Position numbers and translations under genes: made by a program. A DNA stretch of 64,000 nt, from the NCBI RefSeq assembly GCF_988243305.1, contig NZ_OZ547136.1; one strand, given 5' to 3'. Shown in pieces: positions 39,474 to 49,124 of this stretch; position 1 is the first letter of the stretch; every line of letters starts with the position of its first letter. Below the pieces are notes generated by a model, which saw only the letters and a program-made list of their open reading frames with translations, ran no database searches and was not told the DNA's origin.

Positions 39474-40544
39474 TTATTTAATCCGGGCCATCGCGCTTCT
39501 CAGTGCCAAATCTGCCTCTTCCGTTATCTCCAGACTTTTCTGCAACACCGTTTCTGACCGGGACAGTGCCTGACGTGCTGCCAGCGGTTTCCGGATATGC
39601 TCCATCGTCAGCATCGTGTCCTCGTAGCCCTGCTGACGCCAGGCGTCGGTATGTGCCGACGTGAAACTGAGCAGACCGCCACTGTTGCCACCATCACCTG
39701 CATATTTCAGCCTTTTCCGGGGACGGATCTCAAGGATTGTGGTGTCCGGAAAAGCCTGGCGATCCCATAAAGAACCGTCACTCAGATGCGACACAATCAC
39801 CATATTGCATCCGGCATCGACCAGAGGCGTTACAGGGGTATTTCCCTGCATATTTCGCCATCCTCCCATACCACCATCACCGAACATTGTCCCCTGAACC
39901 TCACGGGGACGGAACAACAGGGGCAGTGCGGCTGACGCAAGCAGAGCCTCTTTCTGCTGTCCGCGGGGCAGACTCTGGATATGCTGAAAAACGGCGTTTT
40001 TCGTGGTTCCGGAACCCAGTTCAGCACGAATGCAGTCAATAATATCCTGCATGCCCCCTTCTGTGGGGTACAGCGACACATACAGCGGTAGCCCGTCTGC
40101 CAGAGCATCTGTATCAAGATAATGATCCATCAGCGCTGTCAGGGGCCCATCTGACAACAACGGCTGAGTCATCGGATTGTCGAAGCCGTTGATTATCGAT
40201 ATATGGCGAAGAAGTGTCGTAAGCAGTGCTCCTGCACGTCCGGGGATCTGGCAGAGGTTCATTGCCTGGAACAATTTTTTCAGCAATGAAAAGTAAACCG
40301 ATCGGTTTACCGACAGCACCTGATTATTCCCAAGATGATCCCAGAGCGCCTCCAGGCGTACGGCAGCTTCTGACAGATCGGGAGAGGCCGCGATAATGGC
40401 ACCATTGAATGCGCCAATGCTGGCCCCTGAAACCATGCTGATCTGTGTACCACACTCTGCCAGTGCCTTAACCACTCCCGCCTGATAAGCGCCCACCGCC
40501 CCACCGCCGGACAGCACCAGCCCTGTTTTTATTTCTATACTCAT
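39474..40544 (-). CDS. Patatin-like phospholipase
   Basis: 356 aa; oxyanion motif SGGGAVGAYQAG, nucleophile GASIG (GxSxG), catalytic Asp in FGDGG; ATG overlaps stop of upstream gene (ATGA). Confidence 0.85.
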   Translation of the reverse strand: MSIEIKTGLVLSGGGAVGAYQAGVVKALAECGTQISMVSGASIGAFNGAIIAASPDLSEAAVRLEALWDHLGNNQVLSVNRSVYFSLLKKLFQAMNLCQIPGRAGALLTTLLRHISIINGFDNPMTQPLLSDGPLTALMDHYLDTDALADGLPLYVSLYPTEGGMQDIIDCIRAELGSGTTKNAVFQHIQSLPRGQQKEALLASAALPLLFRPREVQGTMFGDGGMGGWRNMQGNTPVTPLVDAGCNMVIVSHLSDGSLWDRQAFPDTTILEIRPRKRLKYAGDGGNSGGLLSFTSAHTDAWRQQGYEDTMLTMEHIRKPLAARQALSRSETVLQKSLEITEEADLALRSAMARIK

Positions 40545-41446
40545 GCAGCCCCCTTCTGAAATATTTCATCGACCATACTTTCAGAGAGGCGTTCTGCAGA
40601 GCAGAGACGGGGCATGCGAACCGGTAAGTGTTCTGCAGCCTGCGTGGTTGACCAGATCACCGGATGCTGCTCTTCACTGCACCAGTCCCCCAGCCAGTTA
40701 ATCGCGTCATGCCACTCGTTATCTGCCTGCTCCCGGCCCTGACCACCAAGCCAGTCCAGAGTGTTCAGACGCACGGTTGCACTACCGCCACTCTCCTGTG
40801 CCATCTGCGTTAATGCTTTATGTCTGAGAATATCCAGTAGCTGGTTAACCTGGCCTGTTTCGCCCTGACGTATCACATCACCAAACGCGCCCCAGCGAAG
40901 CTCTTCAAGTGCCACATAACAACGTCCGGCAGGGGAAAATGACGCATATCGCCCGGCGCTCCACCAGGAGAATATCTGCTCAAGATGTAACTGCGCCCGC
41001 TGAACCAGGTCAACACGGTGGAGTTTTTCTTCAAGATGATTCAGTTTCTGGTGAACCTGATCGGCCAGGGTGAGTAACTGCTCCCGCGTATCTGCGGAAT
41101 AATGCGCCAGCCTGGCAGTATCACTGACCAGTGAACTGACCCTGTCGTTTACCCGGGTAATCGCGTAGTTTGTGGTGGCAAGTGACGTTGTCAGCTCCGT
41201 CAGCCAGCGCAGGGACGCCTCAACGCCCTGTGCAAGCGAAGCATTGATGGCATTCTGCCGTGCAGCACCTTCGCCGCTCAGCCCCTCTTTTAACCGCCGG
41301 AAGAACGTGCGCTCTCCGGCCGTACGGATATGCTCCTGTGCAACATCAATACCGTTTGCGAAATCAACCACAAATTTTTCAGGAAGACAGGTGAGTACCT
41401 GACATACCCGGTTATCAGCAATTTGTTGAATAAATGGTGAAGTCAC
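40541..41446 (-). CDS. YjcZ-like protein (partner of dynamin-like GTPase)
   Basis: 301-aa ORF; GTG start overlaps dynamin stop; family call from memory of chromosomal crfC-yjcZ pair. Confidence 0.65.
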   Translation of the reverse strand: MTSPFIQQIADNRVCQVLTCLPEKFVVDFANGIDVAQEHIRTAGERTFFRRLKEGLSGEGAARQNAINASLAQGVEASLRWLTELTTSLATTNYAITRVNDRVSSLVSDTARLAHYSADTREQLLTLADQVHQKLNHLEEKLHRVDLVQRAQLHLEQIFSWWSAGRYASFSPAGRCYVALEELRWGAFGDVIRQGETGQVNQLLDILRHKALTQMAQESGGSATVRLNTLDWLGGQGREQADNEWHDAINWLGDWCSEEQHPVIWSTTQAAEHLPVRMPRLCSAERLSESMVDEIFQKGAA

Positions 41447-43827
41447 AGCATTGTCTCCAGTTCTTCCCTTAACGCCTTACTGTCAGTAATGAGCTCAGGA
41501 ACCCTTTCATTTAACGCCTGAAGACGCCCGGTCAGCCGTTCCTGCGCCTGCTGATCGCGTTTATGATCTTCAGAGCTCTGAATCAGCGTGTTACGCAGCT
41601 GTTCAACTTTCTCCCTGAATGTACAGAAAAAGGCATCGATTTCCTGGCGGACGGGCTGGTTAATATCCTGCTCAATGGATGCCTGCAGCTCCCCGAAATA
41701 TGCCCGGGTCAGTGACATCACTTCCTCTCTGACCTTGTTGATATTGATCACGCTGCGGCTCACATCCACACTGTACTCTTTCCAGCCCCAGTCACTGGTG
41801 TTTGCCCATCGACAAAGCGTACCCCAGACACCATCCTGTCGACAGCGACGGGTTACTGTCTCCGTTCTTTCCTCCATAAGCGCGCTCAGATTTGTTTTTA
41901 CTGCGAGCCGGGTCTGTAACTGGCTGACTGCCGGAAAACTGATTTTTACAGTGAAACCTTCATCCTCCAGACGGGCATTGATGCGTCCGGCAATATTTTC
42001 TGTGGCGTACAGGGCCGTACCACGAAAACCTGTTTCAATACCCCTGACGATTTTTTCCAGTTCAGGACGGAACTGTGCTTCAGCCTCACGGTGCAGGCTG
42101 GTCACGGTCGATTCGATTTGCGTCATCAGTTCAAGGGCTTCCCTGCGATCACTGAATTTTATTTCGGGGCTGTCCGGATCAAAGTCCCGCATCCTGTCAT
42201 GCTGATTTCCGGTTCCGAAAATATCGTGAAAGAAAGCGAATGCGTTTCTCTCCCGGGGCTGCGCTGAATTTTCTTCCTCCAGCATTTGCTGTTCTTTGCG
42301 TTTACCGCTTCTGAAATAGTCATTCAGCTCCTCTTCCAGTGAGGTGCAGACCCCCGTCAGTAATTCCCGGGTTCTGGCATCGATCTCCTCCATGGCCATT
42401 CTGACATCAGCGGTCACCTGCTCCTGACAGTCCGCGATTTCCCGGATATCCGCAAGCAGGCTGGTGATATGCGACTGCAGTGACTGAATGCTTTGCTGTA
42501 GCCCCTGATGGCGTAATGACAGATATTCGCTGACATTTTCCGCATTCTGCATCAGTTTTGCGGCGGCAGAATCAACCGCCAGTGCCGCCGCTCTGGAATG
42601 GGAGCTCTGTATGACTTCCGTTATCAGTTGATCGATAAGTGAGCCTTCCCACAGGTCTGTCGCCCCTTCGGTTGCCATTTCACTGTCTTTACAGACGTAT
42701 TCTTTTTTCATGCGACCGAAGGCTTCCCTGACAAAATCATCGACCCAGGCTTCATCAACAGGAAGGGTTCTGTTTTTCCGTAACTCATGAAGCGCACGGT
42801 TAGCCAGGTACGCCTGACGTGATGAGCCTGGATAAACGCGGGAGGCGGGCAGCACATCGCTGTTCAGCATTGCCGGAACTTTCTGGCGTACGGCATCTGC
42901 CCCATCGCCATTGCGGTCTTTCTCATCAAATTTATTGACCAGCACAAACAGGCGGCCAGCTGATACGTCAGCAATGGCATTAAGCTCTTTACGGACGTCT
43001 TCATCCGCTTTTGAGTTCATCTGGGTGTAATCCATCACCGCCAGCACCGCAGAGGCTTTCTGCAGTTGATCCCGCATCATCACTTCCATCTGCGGTTGTC
43101 CGGCCTCATTAGGGCCGGGGGTATCCAGCAGTGTGAGTGTTCCCTGGCATGGATCCATCCCCACCAGATGGCTGAATTCCACGTCGATCACCGGCAGTTT
43201 CTGCACTTCTGCGTATTCATCAAAAGGAAACTCACTCCCCATTGCCGCAGCAAGGCGAACCAGATCGTTTAACGATGCCAGTCCGGTAAAAATTTCCTCC
43301 TCCCCGTGGTATTCATTTTTGAGCCAGCCATCATTTGCCAGAATATCCAGCAGTTCGCAGGTATCCCCGGTTTGCTGCAGGGTCTGTGCGACTTGCTGTC
43401 CTGCCGGGGTGTCGAGTTTTTGTTTCAGTGTGCTTAATAAATTGCGGACGGGCTGAATATGTTCCAGATGGAGGACCGGCTCAGTTTTTCCGGGAACGTG
43501 GCGGATGAGCGTCGGTACAGAGGTCATGGGGCGGTTACGGTTAGGCAGAATTTCCTGCCCCACAATGGCGTTGATGGTGGTTGATTTACCTGCTTTCATC
43601 GTGCCGACAACAGCCAGCACCATCTCCCTGCGGGCGGTTTTGATTTGTTCGCCCTCCAGCTCCTCAATTCTTTTCAGTGCTTTCTGTTTATCAAAAAGCA
43701 GTCTGTTTTCGTTCTTACTGTCAGATAACACATCCGGCTCATCAACCATTTGCCGGAGCAGATTAATGTTCAGTTGCAAAAGTCGGTCGGCTTCATCACA
43801 AAGCAGGGCGATGTTCTTTTCGTGCAT
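41443..43827 (-). CDS. Bacterial dynamin-like GTPase (CrfC/YjdA- and LeoA-like)
   Basis: 794 aa; G1 GTMKAGKST, G3 DTPGPNE, G4 NKFD; long helical C-terminal region; RBS AGGAAGG upstream of ATG 43827. Confidence 0.85.
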   Translation of the reverse strand: MHEKNIALLCDEADRLLQLNINLLRQMVDEPDVLSDSKNENRLLFDKQKALKRIEELEGEQIKTARREMVLAVVGTMKAGKSTTINAIVGQEILPNRNRPMTSVPTLIRHVPGKTEPVLHLEHIQPVRNLLSTLKQKLDTPAGQQVAQTLQQTGDTCELLDILANDGWLKNEYHGEEEIFTGLASLNDLVRLAAAMGSEFPFDEYAEVQKLPVIDVEFSHLVGMDPCQGTLTLLDTPGPNEAGQPQMEVMMRDQLQKASAVLAVMDYTQMNSKADEDVRKELNAIADVSAGRLFVLVNKFDEKDRNGDGADAVRQKVPAMLNSDVLPASRVYPGSSRQAYLANRALHELRKNRTLPVDEAWVDDFVREAFGRMKKEYVCKDSEMATEGATDLWEGSLIDQLITEVIQSSHSRAAALAVDSAAAKLMQNAENVSEYLSLRHQGLQQSIQSLQSHITSLLADIREIADCQEQVTADVRMAMEEIDARTRELLTGVCTSLEEELNDYFRSGKRKEQQMLEEENSAQPRERNAFAFFHDIFGTGNQHDRMRDFDPDSPEIKFSDRREALELMTQIESTVTSLHREAEAQFRPELEKIVRGIETGFRGTALYATENIAGRINARLEDEGFTVKISFPAVSQLQTRLAVKTNLSALMEERTETVTRRCRQDGVWGTLCRWANTSDWGWKEYSVDVSRSVININKVREEVMSLTRAYFGELQASIEQDINQPVRQEIDAFFCTFREKVEQLRNTLIQSSEDHKRDQQAQERLTGRLQALNERVPELITDSKALREELETML

Positions 43828-44026
43828 TATTTAACCTTCCTGAGACGCATTTTCATGACAACCACGGAGGAGGTCATTTACTACAAACGATCGTTTATAA
43901 CGATCGATATACTCTATTAACTTGAGAAACACAACGCAAGGGGACAACCCGGGTATGGCTGCGTTTGCATAGTGTTTTCATGGAGTTAAAAATCTGTAAC
44001 AATAGCCTGGTACATCACCACCGGGT

Positions 44027-44899
44027 TCAGAAGAAAATCCAGTTCCATACCGCGCGGGCAACAGAGACCACCGAGTCACGGACGGCTCGCAGAACCGTAC
44101 GAGCCACAGAGGCAACACAGACGCTCTCCGCTGTGTCAAATATCCGGTCCACCGCACCGGTAAACTGTTCACGGGCCTGAGAGCGGACAGACTCCGTGCG
44201 CAGTTCGTCCTGCAGGCGGGTCATCAGGGGGCTGGCGGCATGGTCGGGAAGCGCTGTCATGAGCGCACTGACCAGCGTATCCAGTTCCCAGCCGGTGCAG
44301 GCCGATACGGCCACAACCGGATGTACGGGCCGGAACAGCCGGAATACCGCCTCCGTTTTCTCACGAATGTTCTGTGCCTGTGCGGGAGAAGGCTGAATGC
44401 CGGCCATATCCCATTCATGGCAGGGCTCCGTTTTGTCGGCCTGCGTCACCACAAACAGCACCTGCTGATGTCCCCGGTGCAGGATGTGTCGCCAGAAATA
44501 CTCATCCACAGACAGGGCACGGTCATCGGCTTTAATCAGCCACAGTACCAGGTCAAGTTCAGGCAGAATGTCACGGTACAGGGCTTCATACTCTGCATCC
44601 CTGTCCCGGCTCTCGCCCACCCCGGGCAGGTCAGTGATAATCATGCTGTGACCGTGGCCACTCAGACGGAAGCGCCGCACTTCCCGGGTGCCGGCGTGAA
44701 CATCACTGACCGGGGTGACCTCCCCCTGAAACAGCGCATTACAGAGTGAGGATTTACCGGCCCCGCTTTTACCCATAATGCCAATCACGGGTTCGTGACT
44801 GGTGAGTTTGCGCAGATGTTCCTGGATGTGACGGGAAAGTGAGTAAGGCAGGGAGGAGAGCGGTTTTTCAATTGCCTCAATGGCATCAGACGGATTCAT
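44027..44899 (-). CDS. YfjP/YeeP/YkfA-family GTPase of CP4-like islands
   Basis: ATG 44899 (MNPSDAIEAIEKPLSS...); P-loop GIMGKSGAGKSS, DLPG; possible upstream GTG start at 44962. Confidence 0.8.
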   Translation of the reverse strand: MNPSDAIEAIEKPLSSLPYSLSRHIQEHLRKLTSHEPVIGIMGKSGAGKSSLCNALFQGEVTPVSDVHAGTREVRRFRLSGHGHSMIITDLPGVGESRDRDAEYEALYRDILPELDLVLWLIKADDRALSVDEYFWRHILHRGHQQVLFVVTQADKTEPCHEWDMAGIQPSPAQAQNIREKTEAVFRLFRPVHPVVAVSACTGWELDTLVSALMTALPDHAASPLMTRLQDELRTESVRSQAREQFTGAVDRIFDTAESVCVASVARTVLRAVRDSVVSVARAVWNWIFF

Positions 44900-44983
44900 A
44901 CATGTATTCCCGGTGAAAAAAGACAAAACCCCCGCACACCGGAAAGGTGGCGGGGGACTCACAGAGATAATATATGTCTGAAA

Positions 44984-45901
44984 TTATCTGGAATGTCGGT
45001 ACCTTTTATACTCTTCAACAATCAGGTCATGCAGCATTTCGCCGGTACTGAGTCTTCTGACCCTCGATAATTCTTTGAGCTGCGCCCTGGTTTCTGCGTC
45101 AAGAAAAAACTGTACATTGACTTTATCTTCCTGCATTTTTTTGTACTTGCGCTGCGCCTTGGCCTTATTGAAACTGTTTCTGAAATTTTTTATATCGTCA
45201 GGTGAGGTGAGTGTACAGGTAACCCATATGTCAAATGAAAGGTGAATTGCGTGGTAAATATCAGCAGAACCAGGAAAACTGGCCAGTTTTTCCAGTGCAA
45301 TATTTTTTCCCTTCAAATAATTCCATGTCCATATGCATTCATGTTCGTTCTCCGGGAGGAGGTAACTGAAAGGACTCTTTGATTTAAATGCCCGTATCCA
45401 TCTGTCTTTGGTCTGGATTATCCACTCATCCCGCAAATTCTTATCAGAAAGAATATCGAGAACTCTGAGTATTTGTCTGAACTGTGTCGATGAGTCCGAC
45501 GGGAAGGCATTCCCTTCTAAATACTCTTCTTTAAGATACAGTTTATTCTTTTGAAGCAAGTCTGCACTTATTTTTGCCCTGTTATTCTGGATAAACTGCA
45601 TCAACAGATACCAGGAAAATAAGCATGCGCGTTCACTGCCCGCGATCCAGGATATTTTTTCCAGGGGGACCAGGAAGGCCTGGGCCTTCAGACGCATACC
45701 AGAAATGATTTGTTCAAGTTCAAAATCTGAAAGTGTGATGTTCAGATTTTCTCTGTTTTTTTTTATGTAAGCGATAAAACGTTCCGGGGGATCATAAACA
45801 TTAAGGGGCAGTACGGAGATATTACGCTCTCCAAGATAATAAGAGTAATACGCATTTGTTCTTTCATTCATAACCTTATCCGACAAAATTTTCTGAACCA
45901 T
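44984..45901 (-). CDS. AT-rich hypothetical protein with C-terminal ribbon-helix-helix-like segment
   Basis: 305-aa ORF; RBS GGAGAAAGGGG; C-terminus VQFFLDAETRAQLKELSRVRRLSTGEMLHDLIVEEYKRY resembles an RHH DNA-binding fold; base composition visibly lower in GC than neighbours. Confidence 0.7.
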   Translation of the reverse strand: MVQKILSDKVMNERTNAYYSYYLGERNISVLPLNVYDPPERFIAYIKKNRENLNITLSDFELEQIISGMRLKAQAFLVPLEKISWIAGSERACLFSWYLLMQFIQNNRAKISADLLQKNKLYLKEEYLEGNAFPSDSSTQFRQILRVLDILSDKNLRDEWIIQTKDRWIRAFKSKSPFSYLLPENEHECIWTWNYLKGKNIALEKLASFPGSADIYHAIHLSFDIWVTCTLTSPDDIKNFRNSFNKAKAQRKYKKMQEDKVNVQFFLDAETRAQLKELSRVRRLSTGEMLHDLIVEEYKRYRHSR

Positions 45902-47101
45902 CCCCTTTCTCCGGTTGCTTAAAAATTAAACACAACAAGGTGATAATAACATGATAAAAAGAAGTTTATAATGGTATATTAAGGTGGTCAATAAAAAGGC
46001 AATCTGCGCACTGTATAGTCATTATGACAGGAAATGCAGGAGGAAGGGAAGGTAACCGGCTTCGTTATGCTGACAGGAATACCTGTTATCATGGAAGTGC
46101 ATTCATGTGGCCGACGTAGCTTAAGAGGATGGAAGAGTGGAGACTGCAGACAGGGGGTATTGAAAGGTAAACATGTTTCGCCCGCCAGCTGCACCGGAGG
46201 CCAGCATCACTTTTTTTACGTTGTAACCTGGTATGCATTCCGGCTTTGATGATTACAGTCAGAGGGCAGCAGACTGACGTTATTTAACCGGACAGCAAAA
46301 TTATGGACACTGAAATATCGTCCGTTAATACCTCGTTTGTCGGTGTGGTATTCCCTGTATTACCGGCGTCACCGATAAAGAGAGTTATAAACGCCAGAAA
46401 GGTACCTGCTTTATGCCGGGGAACACTTATGGAAAATGAAGTCTGAAAAGGAGCACAATGAAAAGAGACGTGTCCCGTAAATATAACGAATCATCGCAGG
46501 ATATGCATTATCAGGTGATACCAGAGTGCATTAAACTGCCGTCACGGATAAGAATATACAACATTTCTGATAACAAAACATCATAACGTGTTTCAGATAT
46601 GTTCCGGCATCAGTCTGACGGATATTATTTCCCGGGAAAACAAACCTGCTACTGTGACGGTTAACTGTATCTGCATAAATTATTTATGATGAAAGAACAG
46701 TATTACGGATTCAAATATCATCCTGTTTGCATTCAGGCGGACATTCCCGGATGCCGAAAAGAATATCCTGCAGGCTGAGTGAGTCTCTTCCACAGTGCCG
46801 GGATCGCTGTCGCCACGTACATATTGTCACCAGGATGGGTATGTACCGCAGCATGCCATTTCTGGTGAATAACCGCACCTGCACATTCAGTCTGCTGAGA
46901 ACCTGGCGTGCATCGGGCTGTAAAGAACATCCCTGTCCGTGGCTCCTCTGGTGGTGTTGCCTGCTCAGTAATGACAGGATGCCCTTAAGACGCCCGTCAT
47001 GGCTCAGTATGATGACGACGAACACGCTCTGCAGGTGAGCATGCGGGGCCGGGAGCATCATCATTTCCGTATTTTGTCACACCTTCCGGAAGCAACCGGC
47101 A

Positions 47102-47719
47102 TCAGTTGCGGTTATCGTCAACCGTTGTGCGGTATGCCAGGAGCACGTACTGATCCATCAGATCCGTCAGTGCTGCGCTCTGCCTCTGACGGTTGATGAT
47201 CCATTCCTCCAGCTCTTTTTCTGATTTCCGTTTCAGGTTCTCTTTCCAGTCTTCAAGGCTGTTTCCGGTCATTAAATCAAGCCAGCAAAGCCAGACCAGT
47301 TTGAGGCGCAACTCCGTGCCACCAAACTGACGGAAGAGGCTAATCAGTTTATTTGCCAGAGAACGCTGCCTCAGACGTTCACATTCAGACAGGAGAATGC
47401 CTTCCAGCATCGGATGATGAACCAGCAGATGTTCACTGGTGCATAAATTCACTATCAGATCATCATCCAGGGGCGGCGTGGCCCGTTTGTCAGGGCCATA
47501 AATCAGCCGGTGCAGGCTCTGGGGTACGATGGCAATCTCCGGTTTTTCACCATTGAATGACACCCACCCGGGCGTCAGATTATGGAAGTAGTAGATATTC
47601 GGATGACACACGCCCCAGGATACGGCGTGCCGGGTGAAGCCGGTCAGCCATTTCTGGTAGCTTTCGTGGAGCAGTTCGTAACGGGTCTGATACTGTTGTT
47701 TCATTTTCATATTCCTCAC
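47102..47719 (-). CDS. Hypothetical protein (205 aa) downstream of alpA-like gene
   Basis: Uninterrupted ORF; no family recognised from sequence alone. Confidence 0.6.
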   Translation of the reverse strand: MRNMKMKQQYQTRYELLHESYQKWLTGFTRHAVSWGVCHPNIYYFHNLTPGWVSFNGEKPEIAIVPQSLHRLIYGPDKRATPPLDDDLIVNLCTSEHLLVHHPMLEGILLSECERLRQRSLANKLISLFRQFGGTELRLKLVWLCWLDLMTGNSLEDWKENLKRKSEKELEEWIINRQRQSAALTDLMDQYVLLAYRTTVDDNRN

Positions 47720-47798
47720 GGGGATATAACAGGCAGCAGAATGCCGCCGGCAGGCCGGGGATTACGTCTGCTGCGGGTGAACGGATAACGGTCAGAAA

Positions 47799-48005
47799 TT
47801 ACGGACGGGACTGTGCAATACGCGCCTGCAGCCAGGCTTCCACTTCACTTTTCAGCCATCGGGAACTGCGGCCCAGCTTGATGGGGGCCGGAAAGGCCCC
47901 ATCCCTGATGAGTTTGTAAAACCACTTATCGGTCAGGCCAGTCAGTTGAGTGATAAACGCCATGTCGACCATCTGGTCATCCATCAGTGAAACTGGGGTG
48001 GTCAT
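47799..48005 (-). CDS. AlpA-family prophage transcriptional regulator (excisionase-like HTH)
   Basis: 68-aa form from ATG 48005 after RBS GGAGG; MTTPVSLMDDQMVDMAFITQLTGLTDKWFYKLIRDGAFPAPIKLGRSSRWLKSEVEAWL. Confidence 0.8.
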   Translation of the reverse strand: MTTPVSLMDDQMVDMAFITQLTGLTDKWFYKLIRDGAFPAPIKLGRSSRWLKSEVEAWLQARIAQSRP

Positions 48006-48911
48006 GAGAATGTTCCTCCGGATGTTGTTAATCTCAACCGGCGTTGGTGATGAAAACAACGCACCACCTTCACCGGCATAACAACCGGGGAGAAACGTAA
48101 AAAATAATCGGGAATGTGACCGCCAGGAGATAAACGGGGGGATTGCGGTGGCTGAGCCGTACCGGTATGTCGGGTGGTTGTTGCGAAACGATGCTTCCGC
48201 ACGCGATAAAGGAGGGAGGACTTTCGTGAGACAAGGGGAAAACTAGCGTTCTGATAATTGCAGAGTTGTTTTTGAAGGCGGTTGTGGTATATCAGCCTGT
48301 GACCTGTGGGCAGGCGACAGTTATCACTGGTGGGATAATACTGTCTGATTGGTATTATAAATATATAAGAGAGATCAAACACATGAGATCAAACACATGA
48401 GTTCATATATGTGAAATAAATCTGTGAGTGTGATCAGCAGACCAGTCTACCCAGTAGCAACAGATTGCGTTGTACTCACAGGGTTATCCCTGATAACTGG
48501 CGTATAACCTGCGTACATAAAACGTACCTGCAATGCACCTGAACAGAGTGCATTAAGCATCCGCCTGAGCGGTAAACGTATCCGATCTGGTGAGTGACAG
48601 TCTGAGAGCATTCTCAGTAATCGCCCCCTTGTATCCTGGAAATTGGTTAAGATAACAGCGATTAGATTTGGCAAGGTGTATGCAGCCAGCAGCTTAACAT
48701 CTCAGCTAACTGGCTGGTTACCTTCAGGTTGTCGCAATGGCATCGGACATCCGGTGTCGGATAACTAAACGTAGCGTTAAGGCGATATTGCTGAGAGACC
48801 GGTTAAGTGGTTGCACGGGAGTAATGAGTTTGGGGAGGGCACCAGAATGCCAGGTTGGTGCGGTATGCTGACAGCATCCTGTTAACCGCAGCATAAAGTA
48901 ATGAGAGGCTA

Positions 48912-49124
48912 ATGGAAGTTAAAACCAAAGAAGACTGGCTGTATCAGCTCCGTCGTTGTTCATCCCGGGAGACACTGGAAAAAGTGATTTCCCACACACG
49001 TTATAAACTTACCCCTGCGGAGCTGGAAGCCTTCAACTCTGCGGTCGATCACCGGCTGGCAGAACTGACAATGAACAAGCTTTACGATCGCGTGCCGGCT
49101 TCAGTCTGGAAATATGTCATCTGA
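48912..49124 (+). CDS. Small hypothetical protein (70 aa)
   Basis: ORF with upstream GAGAGG; no family recognised. Confidence 0.4.
   Translation: MEVKTKEDWLYQLRRCSSRETLEKVISHTRYKLTPAELEAFNSAVDHRLAELTMNKLYDRVPASVWKYVI

Noticed and set aside
46711-47064. 117-aa minus-strand ORF and overlapping plus-strand ORFs in the 1.2-kb gap
   Set aside because: Mutually overlapping on both strands, no RBS, low-complexity translations; not called as genes.
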